From contig CAUPJC010000001.1 in NCBI GenBank assembly GCA_963511475.1, positions 184,436 through 248,435 on the forward strand: a stretch of 64,000 nt of DNA, in the 5' to 3' direction. Each line of letters opens with the position of its first letter. The stretch's first letter is position 1. The notes beneath the pieces are model-generated. The model saw nothing but the letters and a program-made list of their open reading frames with translations. It was not told where the DNA came from and made no database searches. The translations under genes and the position numbers were made by a program. The stretch comes from an uncultured Flavobacterium sp. (lineage in GTDB: Bacteria; Bacteroidota; Bacteroidia; Flavobacteriales; Flavobacteriaceae). This document shows, in pieces, positions 18,871 through 30,131 of this stretch.

Positions 18871-21156
18871 ATGGACAATAATAGTAAAAGAAGTGAAGCG
18901 TTATTGTATCACGCTAAACCTACTCCAGGAAAAATACAAGTAGTCCCTACCAAAAAATATGCAACACAAAGAGATTTATCTTTGGCTTACTCTCCAGGGG
19001 TTGCAGAACCGTGTTTGGAAATCGCTAAAGACATTAATAATGTTTATAAATATACAGCAAAAGGAAATTTAGTAGCTGTAATCTCAAACGGAACAGCTGT
19101 TTTGGGCCTTGGTAATATTGGTCCGGAAGCATCAAAACCAGTAATGGAAGGAAAAGGGTTGCTGTTTAAAATATTTGCGGACATCGATGTGTTTGATATC
19201 GAAATTGGTACCGAAAATGTGGAAGAATTTATCCAGACAGTAAAAAATATTGCGCCAACATTTGGAGGTATTAATTTAGAGGATATCAAAGCTCCGGAAT
19301 CTTTTGAGATAGAACGCAGATTAGTTGAAGAACTTAATATTCCTGTGATGCACGATGATCAGCATGGAACCGCTATTATATCTTCAGCTGCTTTGATTAA
19401 TGCATTAGAATTGGCTGATAAAAAAGCCGAAGATGTAAAAATGGTTGTCTCGGGTGCAGGATCTGCAGCTATTGCATGTGCCGATTTGTATGTTTTATTG
19501 GGATTGAAAAAAGAGAATATTTTAATGTTCAATAGCAAAGGTCTTTTAACAAAGGACAATCCAAATTTGTCTAATTTACAGCTAAATTACGCTGTCGATG
19601 GTGCTTCTGTAAGTCTTGAAGAAGCATTAAAAGGAGCAGATGTTTTCTTGGGATTGTCAACTGCAGATGTTATGTCCGCTGAAATGTTATTGTCGATGGC
19701 AGACAATCCAATTGTTTTTGCCATGGCTAATCCAAATCCTGAAATTGCTTATGATCTTGCTATTTCTACCCGTAAGGATGTAATTATGGCAACAGGACGA
19801 TCAGATCATCCTAATCAAGTTAATAATGTTCTTGGATTTCCATACATTTTTAGAGGAGCGTTAGATGTTCGTGCTACAAAGATAAATGAGGAAATGAAAA
19901 TGGCCGCTGTAAAATCTCTTGCTGCTCTTGCAAAAGAGAATGTTCCTGAGCAGGTGAATATCGCTTATGGAGCTACAAAACTTGTTTTTGGAAGAGAGTA
20001 TATTATTCCAAAGCCTTTTGATCCAAGATTGATATCTGAGGTTGCTCCTGCTGTTGCAAAAGCGGCTATGGAATCGGGGGTTGCACTGAATCCAATAACA
20101 GATTGGGATAAGTACAAAGAGGAATTATTAGAACGTCTTGGGAACGATAATAAAATGATTCGTTTGATTACCAATAGAGCTAAAACGGATCCAAAAAGAG
20201 TTGTTTTTGCAGAAGCGGAACAATTAGATGTTTTAAAAGCAGCACAAATCGTTTATGAAGAGGGTATTGGTTTTCCTGTTTTATTAGGAAATAAAGAAAT
20301 TATACTAGAATTAAAAGCAGAATTAGGCTTTGATGCTGATTTGCAGATTATAGATCCAAAACTTGACGAAGAACAAGAAAGAAGAACTAGATATGCTACT
20401 GCGCTATGGGAGTCTAGAAAAAGAAACGGCGTTTCGCTTTATGATTCTGAAAAGTTCATGAGAGAGCGAAACTATTTTGCTGCTATGATGGTAAATACCG
20501 GAGAGGCAGATGCAATGGTTTCAGGACATTCCAGAAGTTATCCTTCGGTGGTTAAACCTTTGTTGCAAATAATTGGAAAAGCTCCTAATGTTTCATTGGT
20601 AGCTACTACTAATATAATGATGACAAGCAGGGGGCCAATGTTTTTATCGGATACTGCAATTAATGTAAATCCAACTGCAGAAGAATTGGCGAAAATTGCT
20701 GTTATGACCGCTAATGCGGCAAAAATGTTTGGTATTGAACCTGTAATTGCAATGGTGTCTTATTCTAATTTTGGTTCTTCTGGGAATCCAAGTGCTTCAA
20801 AAGTAAAAGAAGCGGTGGCTTATTTACATGAACATCACCCAGAGATTATTGTTGACGGAGAAGTTCAGGCTGATTTCGCTCTGAATCCTGATATGTTATC
20901 TGCTAAATTTCCCTTTTCTAAACTAGCAGGAAAAAAAGTAAATACTTTGGTTTTTCCAAATCTTGAGTCAGCTAACATTACTTATAAATTGATGAAAGAA
21001 CTAAATAAGGTTGGGTCAATAGGGCCAATTATGATGGGAATGAAACATCCAGTCCATGTTTTTCAGTTGGGAGCCAGCGTTGAAGAGATGGTAAATATGG
21101 CTGCAATTGCAGTTATTGATGCCCAAGAAAAAAGCATGAGATTACAAGGAAAATAG
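18871..21156 (+). CDS. maeB: NADP-dependent malic enzyme with C-terminal phosphotransacetylase-like domain
   Basis: AYSPGVA, NGTAVLGLG, INLEDI, MHDDQHGT, GAGSA, QVNNVLGFP, and a PTA-like C-terminal half. Confidence 0.95.
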   Translation: MDNNSKRSEALLYHAKPTPGKIQVVPTKKYATQRDLSLAYSPGVAEPCLEIAKDINNVYKYTAKGNLVAVISNGTAVLGLGNIGPEASKPVMEGKGLLFKIFADIDVFDIEIGTENVEEFIQTVKNIAPTFGGINLEDIKAPESFEIERRLVEELNIPVMHDDQHGTAIISSAALINALELADKKAEDVKMVVSGAGSAAIACADLYVLLGLKKENILMFNSKGLLTKDNPNLSNLQLNYAVDGASVSLEEALKGADVFLGLSTADVMSAEMLLSMADNPIVFAMANPNPEIAYDLAISTRKDVIMATGRSDHPNQVNNVLGFPYIFRGALDVRATKINEEMKMAAVKSLAALAKENVPEQVNIAYGATKLVFGREYIIPKPFDPRLISEVAPAVAKAAMESGVALNPITDWDKYKEELLERLGNDNKMIRLITNRAKTDPKRVVFAEAEQLDVLKAAQIVYEEGIGFPVLLGNKEIILELKAELGFDADLQIIDPKLDEEQERRTRYATALWESRKRNGVSLYDSEKFMRERNYFAAMMVNTGEADAMVSGHSRSYPSVVKPLLQIIGKAPNVSLVATTNIMMTSRGPMFLSDTAINVNPTAEELAKIAVMTANAAKMFGIEPVIAMVSYSNFGSSGNPSASKVKEAVAYLHEHHPEIIVDGEVQADFALNPDMLSAKFPFSKLAGKKVNTLVFPNLESANITYKLMKELNKVGSIGPIMMGMKHPVHVFQLGASVEEMVNMAAIAVIDAQEKSMRLQGK

Positions 21157-21251
21157 AAACAAAATACCCAAAGATTAAAATTTGAGATTTTAAGATTAAA
21201 ATGATCTGTGTTAGTTTATACCTAAAAGTATGGCCTAATATCTGCAGAACA

Positions 21252-21284
21252 TTTGTCTTTTAATCTCAAATTTCATTATATTTG
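21252..21284 (+). promoter_or_regulatory. Primary-sigma promoter of ruvA-sprA
   Basis: TTTG (21252-21255), 21 nt, then TATATTTG (21277-21284). Confidence 0.65.
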
Positions 21285-21301
21285 AATAGATAATTTATTT
21301 T

Positions 21302-21883
21302 ATGATAGCACATTTACAAGGAAAATTAGTAGAAAAAAACCCTACCGAAGTAGTGATTGATTGTAGCGGTGTCGGGTATCATGTAAATATTTCTCTGCAT
21401 ACTTATTCTTTATTGCCTAATACTGATTCTATTAAGCTGTTTACGTATGTCCAAATAAAGGAGGACGCACATACTTTGTTTGGTTTTGTTGAAAAATCTG
21501 AAAGAGAAATTTTCAAAATGTTATTGTCAGTTTCGGGTATTGGTGCTGGGATTGCCCGTACTATGCTTTCTTCTTTGGAACCCAAACAGATTATCAATGC
21601 AATTGCCTCAGGTGATGTGGTAACTATTCAAAAAATAAAAGGGATTGGCAGTAAAACAGCGCAAAGAGTAATCCTTGATTTAAAGGAGAAAGTGTTAAAA
21701 CTTTATGATTTGGATGAAGTTTCTATGTCACAAAGCAATACTAATAAAGATGAAGCGTTATCTGCACTAGAAGTTCTTGGTTTTGTTAGGAAGACTTCTG
21801 AAAAAATTATTGAAAAAATCATCAAAGAAGATCCAGAAGCGACTGTGGAAACTATAATTAAAAAAGCTTTAAAAAATTTATAA
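21302..21883 (+). CDS. ruvA: Holliday junction binding protein RuvA
   Basis: MIAHLQG, GVGY, LFGF, HhH motifs VSGIGA and IKGIGSKTAQR. Confidence 0.97.
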   Translation: MIAHLQGKLVEKNPTEVVIDCSGVGYHVNISLHTYSLLPNTDSIKLFTYVQIKEDAHTLFGFVEKSEREIFKMLLSVSGIGAGIARTMLSSLEPKQIINAIASGDVVTIQKIKGIGSKTAQRVILDLKEKVLKLYDLDEVSMSQSNTNKDEALSALEVLGFVRKTSEKIIEKIIKEDPEATVETIIKKALKNL

Positions 21884-21908
21884 GAGGTCATTTACCAGCC
21901 TAATCGAT

Positions 21909-24900
21909 ATGCATAAAATCTACTTTTTTTTGCTGATTTTTCTTTGTGGCTTTGTGTCTCAGGCTCAAGTGCAAGATGCTGTTCAGGATACTATAAAAAA
22001 AGGATATGATGTCGGCGAGATTCAAATGGCAAATCCTCAAAGTATATTATCTGCTTATACTTATGATCCTGTTACTAACACTTACGTATATACCAATTCG
22101 GTAGATGATTTTAATATAAATTATCCCATTGTTTTAACTCCAGCTGAGTACGAAAAATTGAGGCTGAAAGAATCAATGAGCCAATATTTTAATCAAAAAT
22201 TAGATGCTATTGATGGAAATAAAAAAGGGAGTGATGATGCTAAAAAAGATTTATTACCTAGATATTACATAAAATCTGGACTCTTTGAATCTATTTTCGG
22301 AAGTAATACTATTGATGTAAAACCAACAGGATCCATTGAAGTAGATTTAGGATTATTATATACCAAACAGGATAATCCAGCATTTTCACCTCGAAATCGT
22401 ACCAACACTTCCTTTGATTTTAATCAGCGGATAAGTATGAGTCTGCTGGGGAAAGTAGGAACCAGACTTCAAGTAAATGCTAATTTTGACACCCAATCCA
22501 CGTTTGCTTTTCAAAATTTATTGAAACTGGAATATACTCCTGCTGATGATGATATTGTCCGGAAAATTGAGGTTGGTAATGTAAGCATGCCTTTGAATAG
22601 TACTTTAATTCAAGGAGCTCAAAGTTTATTTGGGGTAAAAACCGAATTGCAGTTTGGTAAAACTACGGTAACAGGCGTTTTCTCTGAACAAAAATCTCAA
22701 GCCAAAAGTGTTACAGCACAAGGTGGAGGAACAATACAGGAATTTGAAATGTATGGTTTAGATTATGACAATGACAGACACTTTTTCTTGTCTCAATACT
22801 TTAGAGATAAATATGATGCCTCTTTAAAAAGCTATCCCTTGATTAGTTCTAGGGTTCAAATTACAAGGCTGGAAGTTTGGGTAACCAATAAACAGAATAG
22901 GGTAAATACGACAAGTAATAATTTAAGAAATATTATTGCGCTGCAGGATTTAGGTGAGGGTGAGTTAGCAGACGAGGAAGGTAATCCAATAATTGGAAAG
23001 CAAAATGAGATAGTAGTGTTAAACCCTATTCCTCCTGGTTTTTTTGTTGATCAGCCAGGATTAAAAAAAACGTATCCATCAGACAATAAAAATAATCTTT
23101 ATGACCCAGCTTTAATCAAGACTAATTCAGGTTATTTGACTAATGATATTCGTGAAATTGTAACTGCAAGTTCCGGATTTTCGCCATCAATAGATGTAAA
23201 TGAAGGACAGGATTATTCAAAATTAGAAAACGCCAGAAAGTTATTGCCAAATGAATATACTTTTAATGCGCAATTAGGTTATATCTCCTTACAGCAGCGA
23301 TTAGGTAATGACGAAATTTTAGCTGTTGCTTATCAGTATTCGATAGGTGATAAAGTGTATCAAGTAGGGGAATTTGGAAATGATGGTGTTGAGGCAACTG
23401 TTGTTGGAGGAAATCAATCTTCTAATCAGACGGTTATTTCTCAAACTTTAATTTTGAAAATGTTAAAAAGCAGTTTGACAAATGTTACCAATCCGGTTTG
23501 GAATCTGATGATGAAAAATATTTATCAGATACAGGGAGCTTATCAGCTGCAACAGGAAGATTTTAGATTAAATATTTTATACAAGAATCCATCGGCATTA
23601 AATTATATAACATCTGTTACAGGTCCTAAATTTCCGCCAAACCCAGATCCTAAAATCACGATTGATAATACTACTTTGTTAAAAGTCTTTGATGTAGACA
23701 AGCTGAATTATAATAATGATCCGCAGGCAGGAGGAGACGGTTTTTTTGATTTTATCCCGGGTATGACCGTTGATAGTCAAAACGGAAGATTGATTTTTAC
23801 AACTAAAGAACCTTTTGGGGAATTATTGTTTTCTAAATTGAGAACCGATAACCCCGCTGAAAATTATGACGATGTATCAACCTATAATGATAATCAAAAA
23901 AAATATGTAAACCCATATATGTATAGGGTTACGCAAGCCAAAGCAATACAATACCCAGAGCTGAATAAATTTCTTTTGCGCGGAAAGTATAAATCTGTTG
24001 CCAGTGATGGAATTCCAATTGGTGCTTTCAATGTCCCATTAGGTTCTGTAAGAGTTACGGCAGCAGGCAGGGTTCTTGTAGAGGGAGTAGATTATAGCGT
24101 TAATTATCAATTAGGAAAAGTTCAGATTCTTGATCCTTCATTACAGGCTTCGAGCACTCCAGTTGAAATTTCGTTAGAAAACAACTCTGTTTTTGGACAG
24201 CAGACCAGAAGGTTTTTTGGTGTGAATGTTGATCATTTAATTTCTGAGAATTTTATGGTTGGAGCAACTTTCTTGAATATGAAAGAGAAGCCATTTACTC
24301 AAAAATCCAGCTATGGTCAAGAATCTGTTAATAACAGTATTTTTGGACTGCACGGAAATTATTCTTCGGAGGTTCCATTTTTCACCCGTTTAGTTAATAA
24401 GCTGCCTAATATAGATACAGATGCTCCTTCGTCAATTGCAGTAAGCGGTGAGGTTGCTTATTTGATGCCAAATGCGTCTGATGGTGACAAGTTTCAAGGC
24501 GAATCTACTATATATGTTGATGATTTTGAAAGTTCTCAGTCGTCAATAGACTTACGTTCTCCATATGCTTGGACTTTATCTTCTACACCAGAGGATAATG
24601 ATAAAAGCACTTATAACTTTAATAGTAAAGTAGAAGGACTTGATTCTGGTTTTAAAAGAGCCAAATTGTCTTGGTATTCTATAGATCCTGTTTTTTATAC
24701 TTCAAAACCATCCGGAGTAACAAATGATGATTTGTCGCTGAATTCAACAAGAAGGGTTTATAGTGAAGAATTGTATCCATTGACGGATATTGTTCAAGGC
24801 CAATCCTTAGTAGTAAATACGCTGGATATGAGTTATTATCCAAAAGACCGCGGTCCTTATAATAATTCATCGAGTGTTTCTGATAATCCAAATGAAAATT

Positions 24901-27900
24901 TTGGAGGAATTGTGAGATCATTAAGTTCTACAAATTTTGAGCAAAGTAATGTAGAGTATATTCAGTTTTGGGTTATGGATCCTTATGTAGGCCAAGGAGG
25001 TACTCCAAAATCGAACATGGGAAAAATCTATTTTAATCTTGGAGAAATTTCAGAAGATGTTTTGAAAGATGACAGAAAAGTATATGAGAACGGCTTTGGT
25101 CCAGATCAGGTTCTGGTGAATCCCCAGCCAACATGGGGTAATGCGCCGGCTTCTCAGTCATTAATCTATGCTTTTGATAATAATGAAAGCAATCGTACCA
25201 ATCAGGATATTGGATTGGACGGACTTCCTTCAAGCCAGGAAGCAACAAAATACAACAATTATGCTGGAGAATCTGATCCTGCAGGAGATGATTATCTTTA
25301 TTATTTAAATACTACGGGAAGCGTTTTGGACCGCTACAAAAATTACAATGGTGTTGAAGGAAATTCAAATGTAAATATTAGTTCTCCTAATAGAGGCTCT
25401 TCAACAATCCCGGATGTAGAAGATGTAAACAGGGACAATACGATGAATACCATAAATGCTTATTATGAATACAGCATAGACATCAAGCCGGATATGGATG
25501 TAGGTCAAAAATATATTTCGGATGTGCGCAATACTGTAGTCGATTTGCCAAATGGAGGGACTACGCAGGCAAGATGGATTCAATTTAAAATTCCTATTTC
25601 AATACCAGACAACACTATTGGAACAATAACTGATTATAGGTCTATCCGATTTATGAGAATGTTCATGACTAATTTTACGGACCAAGTGACTTTGCGCTTC
25701 GGGTCATTGGATTTGATAAGGGGAGAATGGCGTCGATATGCAAATTCATTAAATCCTGATGATTTGAATGTAGATGATGATGATGTTATTTTCGAAACAT
25801 CTTCCATTAATCTTGAAGAAAATTCCAATAGATGTCCTATTAATTATATAAGTCCGCCAAGTGTTCAAAGAGAGCAATTGTACAATAATAATACGGTTAT
25901 CAATCAGGATGAGCAATCACTATCTATGCGAGTTTCAGGAGGTGGTTTAAAACCTCTGAAAAGTTTGTCGTCTTCGGAAAATAGCCGTGGTGCTTTCAAA
26001 AATTTCAATATTGATATGCGCCAGTATAAAAATCTTAAAATGTTTGTACATGCTGAATCTTTAAAAGATGAAATAGAATTGAATGATAATCAGATGGTTG
26101 CTTTCCTGCGTATTGGAGCTGATTATTCCACTGATTTTTATCAAGTAGAGATTCCTCTAAAAGTAACTAAGCCTGATGGTAATTGTAGTGTAAGTGCTGA
26201 CGTAGTGTGGCCGTCAGAAAATGAAATAGATTTGGCATTATCATCATTAACGAATTTAAAATTAAAATATCTTAAAAAAGATAAGTCTAGTTTGCCAGCA
26301 GATGGAATTTATTATGCCGATGATGATCCTGATGTAGAGGGAGGAGATGGAGATGATAAGTTACGTTTGGGTATAAAAGGTAACCCAAATTTAGGTTTGA
26401 TTCGTAATATTATGATCGGGCTTAAAAGTAATGAGCCTCATCAGGATATAAAGGGTGAAGTATGGTTCAATGAGCTTCGTTTGGCTGATATGGATAACAA
26501 AGGCGGCATAGCAGCTTTGTTAAATGTCGATACTAATTTTGCAGATTTAGCAACAGTTTCATTTACAGGAAACATAAAAAACTTTGGTTTTGGAACAATT
26601 GAACAGGGGCCAAATGAAAGAAGCAGAGAAGATATTCAGCAGTATAATGTTGTAACAAATATTAATTTAGGAAGGTTTTTGCCTAAAAAATGGGGAGTTA
26701 ATCTGCCGTTTAATTATTCGATAGGAGAAGAAATTATTACGCCTGAATATGATCCTTTTTATGAAGATATTAAGCTGAAACAAGTTTTGGATAATGCAGA
26801 GACTGAAGCAGAAAGAAAAGCTAAACTGACTCAGGCGATTGATTATACTAAGAGAAAAAGCATCAACTTAATTGGAGTGCGAAAAGAAAGAAGTGCAGAG
26901 AAAAAACCGATGCCTTATGATGTGGAAAATTTCACTTTTTCGCAGTATTACAATGAAGTAGCGCGCCATGATTTTGAAGTAGAAAAAAATATTGATCAGC
27001 AGTCCAGAACCACATTGGATTATGCTTTTGCTTTCCAGTCAAAGCCGGTAGAGCCTTTTCAAAAAACGAAGTTCATGAAGAAAAGCAGTTATTGGAAGTT
27101 TTTGAGTGATCTTAATTTTAACTACTTGCCTTCAAGCGTTACTTTTAGCACCAATGTAATCAGGCAGAATAATGAACAGCAGTTCAGGCAGGTTGAGGAT
27201 ATTGGAATTGGGTTTGAACCATTGTTTAGAAGAAATTTTGGATTTAATTACCAATATGGATTTAATTTTAATCTGACAAAATCTTTAAAAATAAATTATA
27301 CGGCAGCTTCTAGAAATTTAGTCAAAAATTATTTGGACGAATTTGATGAGCCAATTGATAATGTAACTATTTGGGATGGTTATCTGGATACAGGAACAGC
27401 CAATTTCCATATGCAACAGTTTATTTTAAATTATGAAATTCCGTTGAATAAGATTCCTGTTTTAGGTTTTATAAAGGCGAATTATTCTTATACAGGTGAT
27501 TACAGCTGGCAAAAATCTTCTACGGCGCTAAGTAATGTCCCTATAGGTGATGAGTTTATTAACTTAGGAAATACGGTGCAAAATGCTAAGTCGAGCAATT
27601 TGAATGCAACTTTCAATATGGAAACTCTGTACAAATATATAGGGATTGGCAAAGGTGTGTCTATAAGTGCACCTAAGCCTGTGGCACCTCCAAAACCAGG
27701 AGAAAAGATAGTGAAGAAAGATCCTTTAAAAAAGATTAACCAAAATCAATTTGTTGAAGGATTAAAAGGGGTGCTTACAAGTATAAAAACCATTCAGTTG
27801 ACATTTACAGAGAATCAAGGAACTGTTTTGCCAGGATATACACCAAGCGTTGGCTTTTTCGGGTCTTCGAAACCCACTTTAGGTTTTGTTTTTGGAAGTC

Positions 27901-29186
27901 AAAGTGATGTACGTTATGAAGCAGCCAAAAAAGGCTGGTTAACTACTTATCCTGAGTTTAATCAAAATTACACAACCGTAAATAGTCAAATATTTAAAGG
28001 GTCAGCTAATTTAGAGATAATTCCAGATCTTAAAATTGATTTATTGGCAGATCGTTCTTATTCTGAAAATTTTTCGGAACAGTATGATGTTGGTGAAGAT
28101 GGACGCTATAATCCAAGATCACCTTATACTTATGGGATATTTTCTATTTCGACAGTACTGATTGGGACTTCCTTTTCAACGAGTAATGAGACAAGATCTT
28201 CCGCTTTTGATATGTTTAGAAATAACAGGCTCGCTGTGGCAGATCGATTAGCTAATGAACGTTATGAGGGAGAGTCAATACCGCGATATGATGTTAATTC
28301 ATTACCTCCGGAAGATAATGCTGCGCCTATTGATAGCCCGGCAAATCCAAACAATCCATATAGAAAAACCACCCTTGCAAATAACGGCTATCCAGTTGGA
28401 TTTGGGAAAAATAGTCAAACCGTCTTATTGCCAGCCTTTTTGGCTGCATATACAGGAAATAGCGCGAATCATGTTTCGTTGGATATTTTTAGAAATTTTC
28501 CAATACCCAATTGGGCAATTAAATACAATGGATTAATGCGGTATGAATTTTTTAAGAAAACTTTTAAAAGATTCTCTTTGCAGCAAAATTACAGAGCATC
28601 TTATACAGTTAATTCTTTTAGATCTAATTTTAATTATACTAAAGATCCTAATGGACAAGATGACAGCGGTAATTTTTACAGCCCAACTATTATGTCTAAT
28701 GTTACTTTGGTAGAACAGTTTAATCCTCTCGTACGTGTTGATTTTGAATTAAAAAATTCGTTTAAACTGTTAACTCAGATCAATAAAGACAGAGCTTTGT
28801 CAATGAGTTTCGATAATAATTTACTAACCGAAGTGCATGGTATAGAATATGTAGTGGGGTTGGGATATAGAATAAAAGATGTGACTTTTTCTTCAAAACT
28901 GGCAGACAACCCAACGGGTGTTATAAAAAGTGATATTAATATAAAAGCTGATTTGACATATAGGGACAGTCAAACCATTGTTCGTTATTTAGATTATGAC
29001 AACAATCAATTGGGAGGCGGACAAAATATATGGACATTGAATACTACAGCCGATTATTCTTTGAGTAAAAATTTGACGATAATATTTTATTATAATCACT
29101 CTTTTTCTAAACCGGTTATTTCGACTTCATTTCCTTTAACGAATATTAGATCAGGATTTACTTTCCGTTATAATTTTGGAAATTAA
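21909..29186 (+). CDS. sprA: Type IX secretion system outer-membrane translocon SprA (Sov)
   Basis: 2425 aa with a signal peptide, SprA-type sequence (FGSNTIDVKPTG, RFMRMFM, VWFNELRL), beta-barrel C-terminus, and position after ruvA. Confidence 0.95.
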   Translation: MHKIYFFLLIFLCGFVSQAQVQDAVQDTIKKGYDVGEIQMANPQSILSAYTYDPVTNTYVYTNSVDDFNINYPIVLTPAEYEKLRLKESMSQYFNQKLDAIDGNKKGSDDAKKDLLPRYYIKSGLFESIFGSNTIDVKPTGSIEVDLGLLYTKQDNPAFSPRNRTNTSFDFNQRISMSLLGKVGTRLQVNANFDTQSTFAFQNLLKLEYTPADDDIVRKIEVGNVSMPLNSTLIQGAQSLFGVKTELQFGKTTVTGVFSEQKSQAKSVTAQGGGTIQEFEMYGLDYDNDRHFFLSQYFRDKYDASLKSYPLISSRVQITRLEVWVTNKQNRVNTTSNNLRNIIALQDLGEGELADEEGNPIIGKQNEIVVLNPIPPGFFVDQPGLKKTYPSDNKNNLYDPALIKTNSGYLTNDIREIVTASSGFSPSIDVNEGQDYSKLENARKLLPNEYTFNAQLGYISLQQRLGNDEILAVAYQYSIGDKVYQVGEFGNDGVEATVVGGNQSSNQTVISQTLILKMLKSSLTNVTNPVWNLMMKNIYQIQGAYQLQQEDFRLNILYKNPSALNYITSVTGPKFPPNPDPKITIDNTTLLKVFDVDKLNYNNDPQAGGDGFFDFIPGMTVDSQNGRLIFTTKEPFGELLFSKLRTDNPAENYDDVSTYNDNQKKYVNPYMYRVTQAKAIQYPELNKFLLRGKYKSVASDGIPIGAFNVPLGSVRVTAAGRVLVEGVDYSVNYQLGKVQILDPSLQASSTPVEISLENNSVFGQQTRRFFGVNVDHLISENFMVGATFLNMKEKPFTQKSSYGQESVNNSIFGLHGNYSSEVPFFTRLVNKLPNIDTDAPSSIAVSGEVAYLMPNASDGDKFQGESTIYVDDFESSQSSIDLRSPYAWTLSSTPEDNDKSTYNFNSKVEGLDSGFKRAKLSWYSIDPVFYTSKPSGVTNDDLSLNSTRRVYSEELYPLTDIVQGQSLVVNTLDMSYYPKDRGPYNNSSSVSDNPNENFGGIVRSLSSTNFEQSNVEYIQFWVMDPYVGQGGTPKSNMGKIYFNLGEISEDVLKDDRKVYENGFGPDQVLVNPQPTWGNAPASQSLIYAFDNNESNRTNQDIGLDGLPSSQEATKYNNYAGESDPAGDDYLYYLNTTGSVLDRYKNYNGVEGNSNVNISSPNRGSSTIPDVEDVNRDNTMNTINAYYEYSIDIKPDMDVGQKYISDVRNTVVDLPNGGTTQARWIQFKIPISIPDNTIGTITDYRSIRFMRMFMTNFTDQVTLRFGSLDLIRGEWRRYANSLNPDDLNVDDDDVIFETSSINLEENSNRCPINYISPPSVQREQLYNNNTVINQDEQSLSMRVSGGGLKPLKSLSSSENSRGAFKNFNIDMRQYKNLKMFVHAESLKDEIELNDNQMVAFLRIGADYSTDFYQVEIPLKVTKPDGNCSVSADVVWPSENEIDLALSSLTNLKLKYLKKDKSSLPADGIYYADDDPDVEGGDGDDKLRLGIKGNPNLGLIRNIMIGLKSNEPHQDIKGEVWFNELRLADMDNKGGIAALLNVDTNFADLATVSFTGNIKNFGFGTIEQGPNERSREDIQQYNVVTNINLGRFLPKKWGVNLPFNYSIGEEIITPEYDPFYEDIKLKQVLDNAETEAERKAKLTQAIDYTKRKSINLIGVRKERSAEKKPMPYDVENFTFSQYYNEVARHDFEVEKNIDQQSRTTLDYAFAFQSKPVEPFQKTKFMKKSSYWKFLSDLNFNYLPSSVTFSTNVIRQNNEQQFRQVEDIGIGFEPLFRRNFGFNYQYGFNFNLTKSLKINYTAASRNLVKNYLDEFDEPIDNVTIWDGYLDTGTANFHMQQFILNYEIPLNKIPVLGFIKANYSYTGDYSWQKSSTALSNVPIGDEFINLGNTVQNAKSSNLNATFNMETLYKYIGIGKGVSISAPKPVAPPKPGEKIVKKDPLKKINQNQFVEGLKGVLTSIKTIQLTFTENQGTVLPGYTPSVGFFGSSKPTLGFVFGSQSDVRYEAAKKGWLTTYPEFNQNYTTVNSQIFKGSANLEIIPDLKIDLLADRSYSENFSEQYDVGEDGRYNPRSPYTYGIFSISTVLIGTSFSTSNETRSSAFDMFRNNRLAVADRLANERYEGESIPRYDVNSLPPEDNAAPIDSPANPNNPYRKTTLANNGYPVGFGKNSQTVLLPAFLAAYTGNSANHVSLDIFRNFPIPNWAIKYNGLMRYEFFKKTFKRFSLQQNYRASYTVNSFRSNFNYTKDPNGQDDSGNFYSPTIMSNVTLVEQFNPLVRVDFELKNSFKLLTQINKDRALSMSFDNNLLTEVHGIEYVVGLGYRIKDVTFSSKLADNPTGVIKSDINIKADLTYRDSQTIVRYLDYDNNQLGGGQNIWTLNTTADYSLSKNLTIIFYYNHSFSKPVISTSFPLTNIRSGFTFRYNFGN

Positions 29187-29224
29187 TTTTTAAAATCAGA
29201 ACCATTTTTGTACATAAGATTGTT

Positions 29225-29232
29225 ACATTTGT
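29225..29232 (+). promoter_or_regulatory. -7 element upstream of gcvH
   Basis: TACATTTG. Confidence 0.5.
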
Positions 29233-29267
29233 GCAAAAAATAATTATTAATTATCAATTATAATTTT

Positions 29268-29648
29268 ATGAGCATACCAGCAAATTTAAAGTACACAAAA
29301 GATCACGAATGGGTTAGTCTTGAAGGCGATATTGCTACAGTAGGAATTACACATTTTGCACAAAAAGAATTAGGAGATATTGTATATGTTGAGGTTGAAA
29401 CATTGGATCAGACTTTAGATAAAGATGAAGTTTTTGGTACAGTTGAAGCCGTAAAAACAGTATCTGATTTATTTCTTCCATTATCTGGTGAAATTATTGC
29501 TTTCAATGATGCTTTGGAAAGTACTCCTGAAAGTGTAAATGCAGATCCTTATGGTGATGGATGGATGATTAAAATTAAAATTTCTAATCCTTCTGAAATA
29601 GAAGAGTTGCTTTCGGATGAAGCATATAAAGAACTTATAGGTGCCTAA
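29268..29648 (+). CDS. gcvH: Glycine cleavage system H protein
   Basis: YTKDHEW and lipoyl-lysine motif VEAVKTVSD. Confidence 0.97.
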   Translation: MSIPANLKYTKDHEWVSLEGDIATVGITHFAQKELGDIVYVEVETLDQTLDKDEVFGTVEAVKTVSDLFLPLSGEIIAFNDALESTPESVNADPYGDGWMIKIKISNPSEIEELLSDEAYKELIGA

Positions 29649-30033
29649 ATATCTGTTGTTTTTAGTTGCTTTATTATGGACAGGAATCGTTACTTATCTT
29701 TGTTTGATTCAATCAAGCGATGTTCCGGTGATTAATATTCCAAATTTAGACAAATGTATTCATGCATTTTTTTATTTTGTGTTTACTTTTGTCTGGTTTT
29801 TATTTTTCCGTAAGCAGTTAAAATTTGAATCCTTTTTTAAACCTTTATTGATTTCGTTTGTGTTTTCGTTTGTATTCGGAATAGTAATAGAGGTATTGCA
29901 GGGATTAGTGACTACAACACGACAAGCAGATATTTGGGATGGTGTAGCTAATTTGTTTGGAGCAATGTTATCTGTTTTTACTATTGTAATTTGTATCAGA
30001 TATAATATTTTAAATTCAATATTAAAAAATTAA
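29641..30033 (+). CDS. VanZ family membrane protein
   Basis: DKxxH and IEVLQ...R.AD..D...N motifs, four TM segments, GTG start overlapping the gcvH end. Confidence 0.85.
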   Translation: MPKYLLFLVALLWTGIVTYLCLIQSSDVPVINIPNLDKCIHAFFYFVFTFVWFLFFRKQLKFESFFKPLLISFVFSFVFGIVIEVLQGLVTTTRQADIWDGVANLFGAMLSVFTIVICIRYNILNSILKN

Positions 30034-30055
30034 ATCCCACTTCGGTGGGTTTTTT
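30032..30055 (+). terminator. Intrinsic terminator after vanZ
   Basis: CCCAC-TTCG-GTGGG followed by a T run. Confidence 0.88.
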
Positions 30056-30098
30056 GTTTCTGTTGAGACTTATTTGATGTCATTCCATTCGAATAATG

Positions 30099-30106
30099 TA
30101 ATTTTG
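30099..30106 (+). promoter_or_regulatory. -7 element upstream of deoC-remB
   Basis: TAATTTTG, 25 nt before the ATG. Confidence 0.5.
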
Positions 30107-30131
30107 CCTTTTAATTTCTTAAATTTCGAAA

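Noticed and set aside
16071-21883. ruvB and ruvA separated, ruvC absent
   Set aside because: Dispersed ruv genes are common; both genes look intact.
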